Below the pieces are notes generated by a model that did no database searches, had not been told where the DNA came from, and saw nothing but the letters and a program-made list of their open reading frames with translations. A program made the translations under genes and the position numbers. Positions 54,861 through 64,000 of a stretch of DNA of 64,000 bases are shown one piece after another (position 1 is the first letter of the stretch; every line of letters starts with the position of its first letter). Origin of the DNA: an uncultured delta proteobacterium (GTDB lineage: Bacteria > Myxococcota_A > Polyangia > Polyangiales > JAFGIB01); NCBI GenBank assembly GCA_963778655.1, contig CAVZVA010000008.1, positions 64,001-128,000 on the forward strand, written 5' to 3'.

Positions 54861-56258
54861 ATGACCGACTTTCCCAAAGTGCTGACGTCGCGCTACGGGC
54901 TGCCCGACAGCTTCACGCTGCGTGTGGCCGAGGAGCATGGCGCGTACGCCACTGCGCGCCGCGCCTTCACCTCGATGCGACCCGAGGAGATCCATGCTCA
55001 GGTCAAGGACGCGTGCATGCGCGGGCGCGGCGGCGCGGGCTTTCCGGCCGGCGTGAAGTGGGGCTTCCTGCCCAAGGGCACCACCAAGCCGGTGTATCTG
55101 GTGGTCAATGCCGACGAGGGCGAGCCCGGCACCTTCAAGGATCGCACCATCATGGAGCTCGATCCGCATCGGCTGATCGAGGGCTGCCTGATCACGATGC
55201 GCGCGATCGGCTCACACGTCTGCTACATCTACGTGCGCTGCGAGCTGGTCAAGTCGATCGAGCGCATCGAGGCTGCAATCGAGGAAGCGCGCCAGCGCGG
55301 CTACGTGGGCAAAACTCCGTTCGGCGTGGGCCACGAGCTGGAGATCTGGGTGCACGCGGGCGCAGGCGCGTACATCTGCGGCGAGGAAACGGGGATGCTG
55401 AACTCGCTCGAGGGCCTGCGCGGTGAGCCCCGGCTCAAGCCGCCGTTCCCGGCGGTGGAGGGCGCATTCGGCTGCCCGACCATCGTCAACAACGTCGAGA
55501 CGATCGCGTCGGTGCCCGACATCGTGCGTATGGGCGGCAAGGAGTGGGCCGCGCTCGGGCGCGGCTTGCCCAACGACGGCGGGATCCGCCTTTACGGCGT
55601 CAGCGGCCACGTGAAGAAGCCCGGCATCTACGAGGCCCCGGTTGGCCTGACCCTGCGCGAGCTGATCTATGACTTCGGCGGCGGGATGCTGCGCGACGAC
55701 CGGCCGCTCAAGGCCGTGATCCCGGGCGGCTCCTCGACGCCGGTGCTCCGGCCCGACGACGTGGTCGATGCTCCGGCCGAGGGCCACCCGCTGCACGCCT
55801 GGCACGGCAAGAGCCACATCGACGTGCCGATGGGAGTCGATACCTTTCGCGCGCTCGGCACCATGCTGGGCACCTGCTGCGCGATCGTGATGGACAGCTC
55901 GGTCAGCATGGTGGAGGCGGCCCGCAACCTGATGCACTTCTACGCGCACGAGTCGTGCGGCCAATGCACGCCGTGCCGCGAGGGCTGCGGCTGGCTGCAG
56001 GACATCCTGAGCAACCTGTGCGAGGGGCGCGGCAGGCCCGAGGACGTCGCGCTGCTGGTGGACGTTGCGAACAACATGATGGGCAACACCATCTGCGCGT
56101 TCGCGGATGGCACCGCGATGCCGATGCTCGGCTTCGTGCAGAAGTTCCACGACGAGTTCCTGGAGGCGGCCAAGCGCGGCGTGCGCGCGGGCTCGCTCGC
56201 CGACAGCGTGGCGGCGCAGGTCGGCGGCTCGCCGAGCGTGAGGCCGGTCGCGCCATGA
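54861..56258 (+). CDS. nuoF: NADH-quinone oxidoreductase subunit F
   Basis: GRGGAGF, NADEGEPGTFKDR, GAGAYICGEET, ESCGQCTPCREG...C. Confidence 0.97.
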   Translation: MTDFPKVLTSRYGLPDSFTLRVAEEHGAYATARRAFTSMRPEEIHAQVKDACMRGRGGAGFPAGVKWGFLPKGTTKPVYLVVNADEGEPGTFKDRTIMELDPHRLIEGCLITMRAIGSHVCYIYVRCELVKSIERIEAAIEEARQRGYVGKTPFGVGHELEIWVHAGAGAYICGEETGMLNSLEGLRGEPRLKPPFPAVEGAFGCPTIVNNVETIASVPDIVRMGGKEWAALGRGLPNDGGIRLYGVSGHVKKPGIYEAPVGLTLRELIYDFGGGMLRDDRPLKAVIPGGSSTPVLRPDDVVDAPAEGHPLHAWHGKSHIDVPMGVDTFRALGTMLGTCCAIVMDSSVSMVEAARNLMHFYAHESCGQCTPCREGCGWLQDILSNLCEGRGRPEDVALLVDVANNMMGNTICAFADGTAMPMLGFVQKFHDEFLEAAKRGVRAGSLADSVAAQVGGSPSVRPVAP

Positions 56259-56298
56259 GACTCCGCGTGTCAACGCCGTCCCCCAGCGAGGACCTCTC

Positions 56299-56943
56299 AT
56301 GACCGCGCCCGGCATCGGCCTGTTCCTGTTCTGCGCCTTGATCGCGTTGCTGTCGGCGCTCGGCACGATCGTGGTCAAGAGCCCGATCCGCGCGGCGATG
56401 TCGCTGCTGGTGCACATTACCGCGTTGTGCGGCCTGTTTCTGACGCTGCACGCTCACCTGCTGGCGGCACTGCAGCTGCTGGTCTACGCCGGCGCGGTGG
56501 TGGTGCTGTTCGTGTTCGTGATCATGATGATCGGGCCCAGCGTGCCCGACCCACCGGTTCGCCGCGGGCTGATCTCCAGGACCACGGCCGCGGCGCTGAT
56601 GGGGCTGCTGACCTTTGCGTTGGCGGCCACCCTGAGCGTGCCTGCGCCCGTGCCGCCGGGGATCCGGGCCTGCATGCCGGGGCAGGGCCCCGAGTGCGAC
56701 CAGTTCGGCGGGGTGGGAGGCTTCTCCCATGCCCTGTTTGTCGGCGGGATGGTGCCGTTCGAGCTGATCAGCATGCTGCTGACCGTCGCCATCGTGGGCG
56801 CGATCGCGGTGGCGCGCGGGCACACCGGCGAGGAAGCAGAGGCAGCCCAGCGCAGGCGCGCGGCGCTGCGCGCCAAGCAGGAAGAGCAGGCCGGCCGCGA
56901 GCGCGACCTGGCGGCCGAGACCGCCGCCAGCGGGGGGCACTGA
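56299..56943 (+). CDS. nuoJ: NADH-quinone oxidoreductase subunit J
   Basis: QLLVYAGAVVVLFVFVIMM, PFELISMLL. Confidence 0.93.
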   Translation: MTAPGIGLFLFCALIALLSALGTIVVKSPIRAAMSLLVHITALCGLFLTLHAHLLAALQLLVYAGAVVVLFVFVIMMIGPSVPDPPVRRGLISRTTAAALMGLLTFALAATLSVPAPVPPGIRACMPGQGPECDQFGGVGGFSHALFVGGMVPFELISMLLTVAIVGAIAVARGHTGEEAEAAQRRRAALRAKQEEQAGRERDLAAETAASGGH

Positions 56944-56946
56944 AAC

Positions 56947-57255
56947 ATGCAGATCGAGCTCGGCCACTACCTGGGACTGGCGTCAACGATCTTCGGTCTC
57001 GGCGCGATCGGCTTCCTGGTGCGCCGTAACGTGCTGATCCAGCTGATGTGCATCGAGCTGATGCTCAACGCCGTCAACCTGATGCTGGTGGCCTTCAACC
57101 GTTGGTGGCCGGAGAACCACGCGGGCCAGATGTTCGCGTTCTTCGTGATCGCGGTGGCGGCGGCCGAGGCCGCGGTCGGCCTTGCCATCGTGATCGGCTG
57201 GTTCCGGCTCACCAAGACCGTGCACAGCGATCAGGCCGACAAGCTCAAGCACTGA
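56947..57255 (+). CDS. nuoK: NADH-quinone oxidoreductase subunit K
   Basis: RRN...IELMLNAVN, VAAAEAAVGLA. Confidence 0.96.
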   Translation: MQIELGHYLGLASTIFGLGAIGFLVRRNVLIQLMCIELMLNAVNLMLVAFNRWWPENHAGQMFAFFVIAVAAAEAAVGLAIVIGWFRLTKTVHSDQADKLKH

Positions 57256-57280
57256 CGCCCCTGCAGGAAGCCCCACGCAC

Positions 57281-59941
57281 ATGGAAAGCAAAGCCCTGCT
57301 CGGCATCGTGCTGTTTCCCCTGCTCGGGGCCGTCGCCAACGGCTTTCTCGGACGGGGCGCGAACAAGGAATGGCAGGCCTCGCGCGGCACCGTGCATGCG
57401 GTGGCCTGTCTGTCGGTGGCGGCCTCGTTCTTGCTCACCGTCTACTGTTTCGTGTGGCAGCTCGTCCCGCTGCACAGCGCCGCGCCCGAGGGCCACAACG
57501 CCACGCTGAGCTACACCGCTTACGAGTGGTTCTCGATCAGCCTCCGCGGCCGCGCGGTGCCGGTGCAGGTGCGCTTCGTAATGGACGCCCTGAGCGGCGT
57601 GATGTGCCTGATCGTCAGCGGCATCGGCCTGCTGATCCACCTCTACAGCACCGGCTACATGAGCGAGGAGAAGTCGTACGCGCGCTTCTTCGCGTACATG
57701 AATCTGTTCACCGCCTCGATGCTGATCCTGGTGCTCGGCAGCAACCTGCCCCTGATGTTCGTGGGCTGGGAGGGCGTGGGGCTGTGCAGCTACCTGCTGA
57801 TCGGCTTCTGGTGGGAGACGCCGGCCTACGCCGCGGCGGGACGCAAGGCGTTCGTCGCCAACCGTATCGGCGACTTCGGCGTGGTGATCGGCATGCTGCT
57901 CTTGGTGGGCGCGGTCGGCTCGTTCGAATTCGCCGACATCAACGCGCACGCCGCCGCGCTGACCCACCCGATCGTGCTGCCCGGGCTGACGCTCGCAGTG
58001 CCGGTGGCCACCGCAGCCACGCTGTTTCTATTCTTGGGCTGTACCGGCAAGAGCGCACAGATCCCGCTCTACGTGTGGCTGCCCGACGCGATGGCCGGCC
58101 CGACGCCGGTCAGCGCGCTGATCCACGCCGCCACCATGGTGACCTCCGGCCTGTATCTGATCTGCCGGCTCTCACCCGTGTTCTCGGTCGCCCCGCTGAC
58201 GATGGCAGTGGTGGCGGTGACCGGCGCGCTCACCGCGCTGCTGGCCGCGACCATCGGCTGCGTGCAGAACGAGATCAAGAAGGTGCTCGCCTATTCCACG
58301 GTGAGCCAGCTCGGCTTCATGTTTGCGGCCGTGGGCTGCGGCGCGTTCGCGGCCGGCTTCTTCCAGGTCTTCACCCACGCCTTCTTCAAGGCCTGCCTGT
58401 TCCTCGGCGCGGGCTCGGTGATGCACGCGGTCGGCGCGCACGGCGACGCCGACATCCGCCGCCTGGGTGGCCTGCGCAAGTACTTGCCGCGTACCCACTG
58501 GACCTTTCTGGTGAGCTGCCTCGCGATCTCGGGAGTGCCCGGGTTCAGTGGCTTCTTCTCCAAGGATGAGATCCTGGTCGGCGCGCTTTCGGTCGGCGAC
58601 TACTTTCCGGCGGGGCTCGGCGAGGCCGTCTTCCTGATCCTGGTGATCGCGGCGATCATGACCGCCTTCTATATGTTCCGCCTCTACTTCATGACCTTCG
58701 GGTTGGAGTACCGCGGAGGACCCGAGCACGCACATCACGAGGCGCCCGCCCACGACGGCGATGACGAGCACACGCACGGCCACGGTGAGCCGCACGAGTC
58801 GCCCGACTCGATGACGGTGCCGCTCGCGTTCCTCGGTGTCGGCGCGATCGGCGCGGGCTGGCTGTGGCTCGGCTTCCTCGGGCTGTTCGGTGCCCGCTTC
58901 TCGCCCTGGCTCGACTGGCTCGAGCCCTCGCTCGGCCGCATCGGCGAGGAGCACACCGACACCGCGGTGACGGTGGAGGCGATGCTGGGCGGCCTGACCG
59001 CGGTGGTGGTCGGCATCGGCCTGGCGTACGCATGGTACGGGCGGCCCGCGGTCGAGACCCCGCGCCGGCTGGCGGAGCGCTTCCCGCGCCTGTACGCGCT
59101 GGTGCTCGACAAGTGGCGCGTCGACGAGCTGTACGAGTCCACCGTGCTCGCGGCCTCGCGCGGGCTCGGGCTGGTGTCGGCAGGCATCGACAAGGTGGTG
59201 GTCGACGGGCTGCTGGCCAAGCTCACCGCCTACGCGGTGCAGGGCCTGGGCTTCGTGTTCACGCGGATGCAGAACGGCCTGGTGCAGGCCTACGGGGCGG
59301 TGATGGTCGTGGGCGTGCTCGGCCTCACCTACTGGTTCGTGGTGCCGCACCCCGAGGTGCAGGTGCCCGAGCCGCCCGGCGGCGATGCCGTGGACTTCGT
59401 GGCGCAGCCGGGCGTCGGCTACGAGTACCGCTGGGACTTCGACGACGACGGCAACTTCGACACCGCCTGGTCCGAGGACGGCAAGGCCTCGCACACCTAT
59501 GACGACAAGGAGCTGCGCCCCGGGGCGGTGGCCGTGTTCGAGCCCGCGGTCTACGCGGCCGGCCTGCGCCACACGCGGCTCGCGCTGGGGCAGCGACTGA
59601 CGCTAGACCCGGCCGATCTCGGTCCGGGCTGGCAGCGCGACGACGGCAACGATACGCCGCCGGTGGTGGAGGCGACCAAGGATGGGCTGCTGGTGCGCCC
59701 CAATGGCGCGCGGTTGCAGCGCGACGGCAAGACGCTGTCCGATCCGCAGCTTTTGCTGGTGCGCGGCCAGCACGTGGACGTCGGCCAGGCGCGGCTGACC
59801 GCCGCCGGCATCGCGCGCGGCCAGATTCGCGTGCGCAGCGCGTTCGGCGTGGAGCGCGAGGGCAGCTACGAGGTCGAGCTGCCGGTGGTGGCCGAGCGCC
59901 CCGCGGTCGAGGTGGTTGGCATGGCGGAGGCCGGGCGATGA
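57281..59941 (+). CDS. nuoL: NADH-quinone oxidoreductase subunit L with an approximately 200-aa C-terminal extension
   Basis: GWEGVGLCSYLLI, NRIGD, GKSAQIPL.VWLPDAMAGPTPVSALIHAATMV, THAFFKA; extra soluble tail after the last transmembrane helix. Confidence 0.95.
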   Translation: MESKALLGIVLFPLLGAVANGFLGRGANKEWQASRGTVHAVACLSVAASFLLTVYCFVWQLVPLHSAAPEGHNATLSYTAYEWFSISLRGRAVPVQVRFVMDALSGVMCLIVSGIGLLIHLYSTGYMSEEKSYARFFAYMNLFTASMLILVLGSNLPLMFVGWEGVGLCSYLLIGFWWETPAYAAAGRKAFVANRIGDFGVVIGMLLLVGAVGSFEFADINAHAAALTHPIVLPGLTLAVPVATAATLFLFLGCTGKSAQIPLYVWLPDAMAGPTPVSALIHAATMVTSGLYLICRLSPVFSVAPLTMAVVAVTGALTALLAATIGCVQNEIKKVLAYSTVSQLGFMFAAVGCGAFAAGFFQVFTHAFFKACLFLGAGSVMHAVGAHGDADIRRLGGLRKYLPRTHWTFLVSCLAISGVPGFSGFFSKDEILVGALSVGDYFPAGLGEAVFLILVIAAIMTAFYMFRLYFMTFGLEYRGGPEHAHHEAPAHDGDDEHTHGHGEPHESPDSMTVPLAFLGVGAIGAGWLWLGFLGLFGARFSPWLDWLEPSLGRIGEEHTDTAVTVEAMLGGLTAVVVGIGLAYAWYGRPAVETPRRLAERFPRLYALVLDKWRVDELYESTVLAASRGLGLVSAGIDKVVVDGLLAKLTAYAVQGLGFVFTRMQNGLVQAYGAVMVVGVLGLTYWFVVPHPEVQVPEPPGGDAVDFVAQPGVGYEYRWDFDDDGNFDTAWSEDGKASHTYDDKELRPGAVAVFEPAVYAAGLRHTRLALGQRLTLDPADLGPGWQRDDGNDTPPVVEATKDGLLVRPNGARLQRDGKTLSDPQLLLVRGQHVDVGQARLTAAGIARGQIRVRSAFGVEREGSYEVELPVVAERPAVEVVGMAEAGR

Positions 59942-59954
59942 GCGAGGACGAGCG

Positions 59955-61586
59955 ATGAGCGCGCATCTGCTAACGCTGCTGGTCGGGGTGCCGCTGCTGG
60001 CGGGGCTGGCCGTGCTGTTCATCCCGCGCCAGAACGTGACCACCATCCGTGGGTTCTCGGTGGCGGCCATGCTGGTCGACCTGCTGCTCTCGTTCGGGCT
60101 GCTCGAGGGCAACTACCAGGGCGCGGCCTACCAGTTCACGGAAAAGGTCACGCTGGTCGAGGCCTACGGGATCCGCTACTCGGTCGGGGTCGACGGCATC
60201 TCGCTGTGGCTGATCCTGCTGACCACGCTGATCACACCGCTGGCGACCTACGCCTCGTGGACGCACATCGACACCAAGGTCAAGGAGTTCGCGCTCTCGT
60301 TCCTACTGCTCGAGAGCTTCATGCTGGGCGCGTTCGTCGCGCTCGATCTGTTCCTGTTCTACGTGTTCTGGGAGCTGATGCTGGTGCCGATGGCGCTGAT
60401 CATCGGCATCTGGGGTGGCCCGCAGCGGGTCTACGCCGCGGTCAAGTTCTTCCTCTACACCATGGTCGGCAGCATGCTGATGCTAGTGGCGATCATCTAC
60501 CTGGTCGCCCAGTACCACGCCGAGACCAAGACCTACAGCTTCGCGCTCTCCGACCTCAGCACCATGCTGCTGCCGGTGCACGTACAGCTGTGGCTGTTTG
60601 CGGCGTTCGCGCTGGCGTTCGCGATCAAGGTGCCGATGTTCCCGTTCCACACCTGGTTGCCGGATGCGCACGTGCAGGCGCCGACCGGGGGCTCGGTGAT
60701 CCTGGCCGCCGTCCTGCTGAAGCTCGGTACCTACGGTTTTCTGCGCTTCGCGATGCCGCTGTTCCCGGCCGCCAGCCACCGCCTGGGCGCCTCGATCGCC
60801 GCGCTGGCCACCTTCGGCATCCTCTACGGGGCGTATTGCGCGTGGGTGCAGCGCGACGTCAAGAAGCTGGTCGCCTACAGCTCGGTCAGCCATCTGGGCT
60901 TCGTCATGCTCGGGATGTACAGCATCACCACGAACGGCGTGAGCGGCTCGATCCTGCAGATGGTCAGCCATGGGGTGTCGACCGGGGCGCTGTTCCTTCT
61001 GGTGGGCGTGATCTACGAGCGCCGCCACACCCGCGACCTCGACGCGTTCGGCGGCCTGGCCAAGGCGATGCCCGTATACGCCACGTTGTTCGTAATCGTG
61101 GCGATGAGCTCGATCGGGCTGCCCGGGACCAACGGCTTCGTCGGCGAGTTCATGATCCTCTCGGGTGCGTTCCTCTCCGAGCACCTCGGGCAAGACGGCC
61201 CGTTGTTCGGGCTGCTGGGCGCGCTCGGGGTGATCCTGGCGGCTGTGTACATGCTGCACGCGGTGCTCAAGCTGTTCTGGGGTCCGCTTTCCAAGCCGGA
61301 GAACCAGAACCTGCCCGACCTGACGCGGCGCGAGGGGTTGGTGCTGGCGCCGTTGATCCTGCTGGTGTTCTGGATCGGGCTCTACCCGAGCCCCTTCCTC
61401 TCGCGCATGCAGGGCGCGGTCGAAAACATGACCCACGACTACACGGCCAAGCTCAAGGCCAGCGACGCCAACCCGGACCGGCGCGGCATCCTCGAGCCGG
61501 CCAAGACGGCAGCCTTGGACACGGCTGGCGCAGGAGCGCTGGCGCTCGCCCGCCAGGCGGAGGCCGCGGCCGGAGGTGAGCGATGA
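59955..61586 (+). CDS. nuoM: NADH-quinone oxidoreductase subunit M
   Basis: FYVFWE, KFFLYT, PFHTWLPDAHVQAP, LLKLGTYG, AYSSVSH, GFVGEF. Confidence 0.96.
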   Translation: MSAHLLTLLVGVPLLAGLAVLFIPRQNVTTIRGFSVAAMLVDLLLSFGLLEGNYQGAAYQFTEKVTLVEAYGIRYSVGVDGISLWLILLTTLITPLATYASWTHIDTKVKEFALSFLLLESFMLGAFVALDLFLFYVFWELMLVPMALIIGIWGGPQRVYAAVKFFLYTMVGSMLMLVAIIYLVAQYHAETKTYSFALSDLSTMLLPVHVQLWLFAAFALAFAIKVPMFPFHTWLPDAHVQAPTGGSVILAAVLLKLGTYGFLRFAMPLFPAASHRLGASIAALATFGILYGAYCAWVQRDVKKLVAYSSVSHLGFVMLGMYSITTNGVSGSILQMVSHGVSTGALFLLVGVIYERRHTRDLDAFGGLAKAMPVYATLFVIVAMSSIGLPGTNGFVGEFMILSGAFLSEHLGQDGPLFGLLGALGVILAAVYMLHAVLKLFWGPLSKPENQNLPDLTRREGLVLAPLILLVFWIGLYPSPFLSRMQGAVENMTHDYTAKLKASDANPDRRGILEPAKTAALDTAGAGALALARQAEAAAGGER

Positions 61587-63070
61587 GCTCCTGGATCGCA
61601 GTGGCGCCGTTGCTGCTGGTCGGGTTCGGCGGCCTGGCCGTGATGGTGGTGGACGCGTTCACACGCGAGAAGGCGGAGCTCGCCACGCTGACCGCGGTGG
61701 TGCTGCTGTGCGGCGCCGCGCTCGCGATCGGCCTGACCTACAGCGGGCGCCCGTTACACGTGGCCGCGCCGATCGCGCCCTACCTCGCGACCGACGGGTT
61801 GGCGCAGTTCTTCAACGTGACGATCTGCGTGGGCGGCGCGCTCTCCGCGTTGCTCGCCGGCGGCTACCTGCGCGAGCACCAGCTCGAGCGCGGCGAGTTC
61901 TACCCGCTCCTGCTGTTCTCGGCCTTCGGGGCCATGGTGCTGGCGAGCGCCGCCGACCTGCTGGCGGTGTTCATCGGGCTGGAAACCATGTCGCTGGGTG
62001 TGTACTGCCTGGTCGCCTACCGCCGCGGCAGCCCGCGCGCGGTCGAAGGCGGCCTCAAGTACTTCCTGCTCGGCTCGTTCGCGGCCGCCATCTTCCTGTT
62101 CGGCGCGGCCTTGCTTTACGGCGCGACCGGGCATACCGACCTGGCCGGCATCGGCCGCGCCGCCGCGCAGGCGCCGCACGAGGTCCTGCCGCTCTTGTTG
62201 CTCGGCCTGCTGATGCTCCTGGTGGGGCTGCTGTTCAAGGTCAGCGCGGTGCCGTTCCACATGTGGACGCCCGACGCGTACGAGGGCGCGGTCACGCCGG
62301 CGACGACCTTCATGTCGGTGGTGGTCAAGGCTGCGGCGTTCGCGGTGATGGTGCGCGCGCTCGCAGTCGGCTTCGCGGACCCCCTCTCGGCCAACATCTA
62401 CACCGGCTGGCCGGCGGCGCTGGCGGGCCTTTCCCTGCTGACGATCGTCTACGGCAATCTGGCGGCCGCCTATCAATCGAGCGTCAAGCGCATGCTGGCC
62501 TATTCGTCGATCTCGCACGCCGGATACGTGTTGATCGGGGTCGTGGCGATGTACGCGCAGCCCATGCGCCAGGAGGCGATCTCCGCGGTGCTCTACTATT
62601 TGGCGGCCTATACGGTCTCCAATGTGCTGGCGTTCGGCTCGCTGATCGCGATCGGCTCTCACGGCCGCGAGGCCGTAAGCTACGAGGATCTGGCCGGCGT
62701 CGGGCGGCGCCACCCGCTGGTCGCGCTGCCGTTCGTGATCGGTGTGCTCTCGCTGATGGGGTTTCCTCCCACCGCGGGCTTCTTCGGCAAGTGGTACGTG
62801 TTCAACGCGGCGCTCGGCGCGGGCGACTCGCTGGTGTGGCTGGTCGTGGTCGGTGTGCTGGGCAGCGTGGTCGGCTCCTACTACTACCTGCGCGTCATCG
62901 TCTACCTGTTCATGAAGGCGCCCGAGCCCGGCGCACCGGTCGCGGTGCCGATGCGCTCCGGTTACGTCGCGCTCGCGCTGGTGCTCTCCGGCTACTTCGT
63001 GCTGCAGATGGGGCTGGCGCCGAGCGGGTACATCCGGCTCGCGCTGGCGGCGGCCAAGGGCTTCGTCTGA
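61583..63070 (+). CDS. nuoN: NADH-quinone oxidoreductase subunit N
   Basis: EGGLKYFLLG, FKVSAVPFHMWTPDAYEGA, KRMLAYSSISHAGY, PPTAGF.GK. Confidence 0.96.
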   Translation: MSSWIAVAPLLLVGFGGLAVMVVDAFTREKAELATLTAVVLLCGAALAIGLTYSGRPLHVAAPIAPYLATDGLAQFFNVTICVGGALSALLAGGYLREHQLERGEFYPLLLFSAFGAMVLASAADLLAVFIGLETMSLGVYCLVAYRRGSPRAVEGGLKYFLLGSFAAAIFLFGAALLYGATGHTDLAGIGRAAAQAPHEVLPLLLLGLLMLLVGLLFKVSAVPFHMWTPDAYEGAVTPATTFMSVVVKAAAFAVMVRALAVGFADPLSANIYTGWPAALAGLSLLTIVYGNLAAAYQSSVKRMLAYSSISHAGYVLIGVVAMYAQPMRQEAISAVLYYLAAYTVSNVLAFGSLIAIGSHGREAVSYEDLAGVGRRHPLVALPFVIGVLSLMGFPPTAGFFGKWYVFNAALGAGDSLVWLVVVGVLGSVVGSYYYLRVIVYLFMKAPEPGAPVAVPMRSGYVALALVLSGYFVLQMGLAPSGYIRLALAAAKGFV

Positions 63071-63071
63071 G

Positions 63072-64000
63072 ATGATGCGCCTGACTTGCGCAGGCCAAAT
63101 CGCCGTCGGACTGCTCGTGCTGTGCGCAGCCGCGGACTGCGGCGGTGGCAAGGACAAGAGCGGCGGTGGCAGCGACAAGAGCAGCGCTTCCCACGCCCCG
63201 CAGCCCAAGGCCGTGGTCGAAGGGGTGGTGCGCCTGGCCGAGGGCGCGGAGCTGCCGGCGTACACGCGCGCGCAGATGGAAAAGAAGGTGCTGCGTGCGC
63301 TCGCGCCCGAGGCCGCGCCCGCGGCCTGCACGCCGCCGAAGCTCAGCGATCGCCAGCCGGTCAAGCTGACGCCCGACGGGCTGCTGGTGGGCGTGATGCT
63401 CGCGCCGAGCGGGTTCTCGCACCAGCAGCAGCGCCCGCCGCTGGTGCACGAGGTCACGATCGAGGACTGCCGGCTGACGCCCTCGCTAGTGGTGGCGATG
63501 AAGGGCGACTCGCTGCGCGTGCGCAACACCGTCGACTACCCCTTCATGCCCAGCTACGACCAGGGGCCGATGGTGCGCTCGTTGATCCCCGGGCAGACGT
63601 ATGACGTGCCGTTGAACAAGCCTGGTGTGCTGCCGTTGCTGTGCGGTTTCACCGCGCCGTGCGGCCGCACCGATGTGGTGGTGCTGCTGCACCCGATCTA
63701 CGCGGTCACCGACGAGCACGGCAAGTTTCGCTTCGACGACTTTCCCGCGGGCGAGAAGGTCAGCCTGAGCGCCTGGCATCCGTTGTTCAAGGAAACCAAG
63801 ATCGAGTTGCAGGTGGAGCCCGGCGAGCACAAGCAGCTCGAGCTGGTGATGACCCCGGCGCCGCAAGCGCCGGAGCCCGCCGAGCCCGAAGTGCCCGCCA
63901 AGCCCGGCAAGAAGGCCCAAAAGGCGAAGGGCGGCAAGGCGCCGGCCACCGCGCCCGCGGCGGCGAAGCCTGCGGCCACCAGGCCTGCGGCCAAGCCGGC
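63072..64000 (+). CDS. Exported protein with cupredoxin-like and carboxypeptidase-regulatory-like domains (open at the window end)
   Basis: Manual translation: MMRLTCAGQIAVGLLVLCAAADCGGG...VEGVVRL...IEDCRLTPSLVVAMKGDSLRVRN...LLCGFTAPCGR...HPIYAVTDEHGKFRFDDFPAG...AWHP..., then a P/A/K-rich tail. No stop before 64000. Confidence 0.72.
   Translation, partial: MMRLTCAGQIAVGLLVLCAAADCGGGKDKSGGGSDKSSASHAPQPKAVVEGVVRLAEGAELPAYTRAQMEKKVLRALAPEAAPAACTPPKLSDRQPVKLTPDGLLVGVMLAPSGFSHQQQRPPLVHEVTIEDCRLTPSLVVAMKGDSLRVRNTVDYPFMPSYDQGPMVRSLIPGQTYDVPLNKPGVLPLLCGFTAPCGRTDVVVLLHPIYAVTDEHGKFRFDDFPAGEKVSLSAWHPLFKETKIELQVEPGEHKQLELVMTPAPQAPEPAEPEVPAKPGKKAQKAKGGKAPATAPAAAKPAATRPAAKP

Noticed and set aside
101..63994. 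Numerous long Arg/Ala/Gly-rich alternative-frame and antisense ORFs in the track
   Set aside because: Expected shadows in very high-GC DNA; they overlap well-supported genes and lack recognisable motifs.

Overview
Very GC-rich chromosomal window from a myxobacterium (Myxococcota, probably Polyangia-like). This is inferred from SgmX-, MglC- and CdnL-like genes, DUF2378, TIGR04563, PilZ and zinc-ribbon/FHA proteins. Most of it is core genome: recC-recB-recD, a split complex I (lone nuoD; nuoE-F-J-K-L-M-N about 42 kb away), aroQ, pgeF-folC, yacG-hemE-hemH, rpsB-tsf-pyrH-frr, rng, cdnL and ctpA. I see no integrase, transposase, prophage, rRNA or CRISPR array. The best candidate for an undescribed system is a minus-strand cluster at 22.0-27.4 kb: DUF2378, a ThDP enzyme, a KAS III-like enzyme with an altered catalytic triad and a cytoplasmic hybrid kinase. 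It has repeated TACCCA-type sites upstream and looks like a small-molecule signal synthase coupled to a sensor (inference). Other notable items: a tRNA-Leu with the rare AAG anticodon; a 32-aa Lys-rich ORF behind an AT-rich promoter that the ORF track missed; two related hairpin-rich tandem arrays (123 and 113 bp units); a dispersed inverted-repeat element; identical -35/-10 boxes on the separated nuoD and nuoE loci; a NuoL with a PKD-like C-terminal extension; a one-base frameshift in an RqcH/NFACT gene; and a Fur-like box before a BthA-like diheme peroxidase. All family assignments come from recognising motifs by eye; no searches were run.
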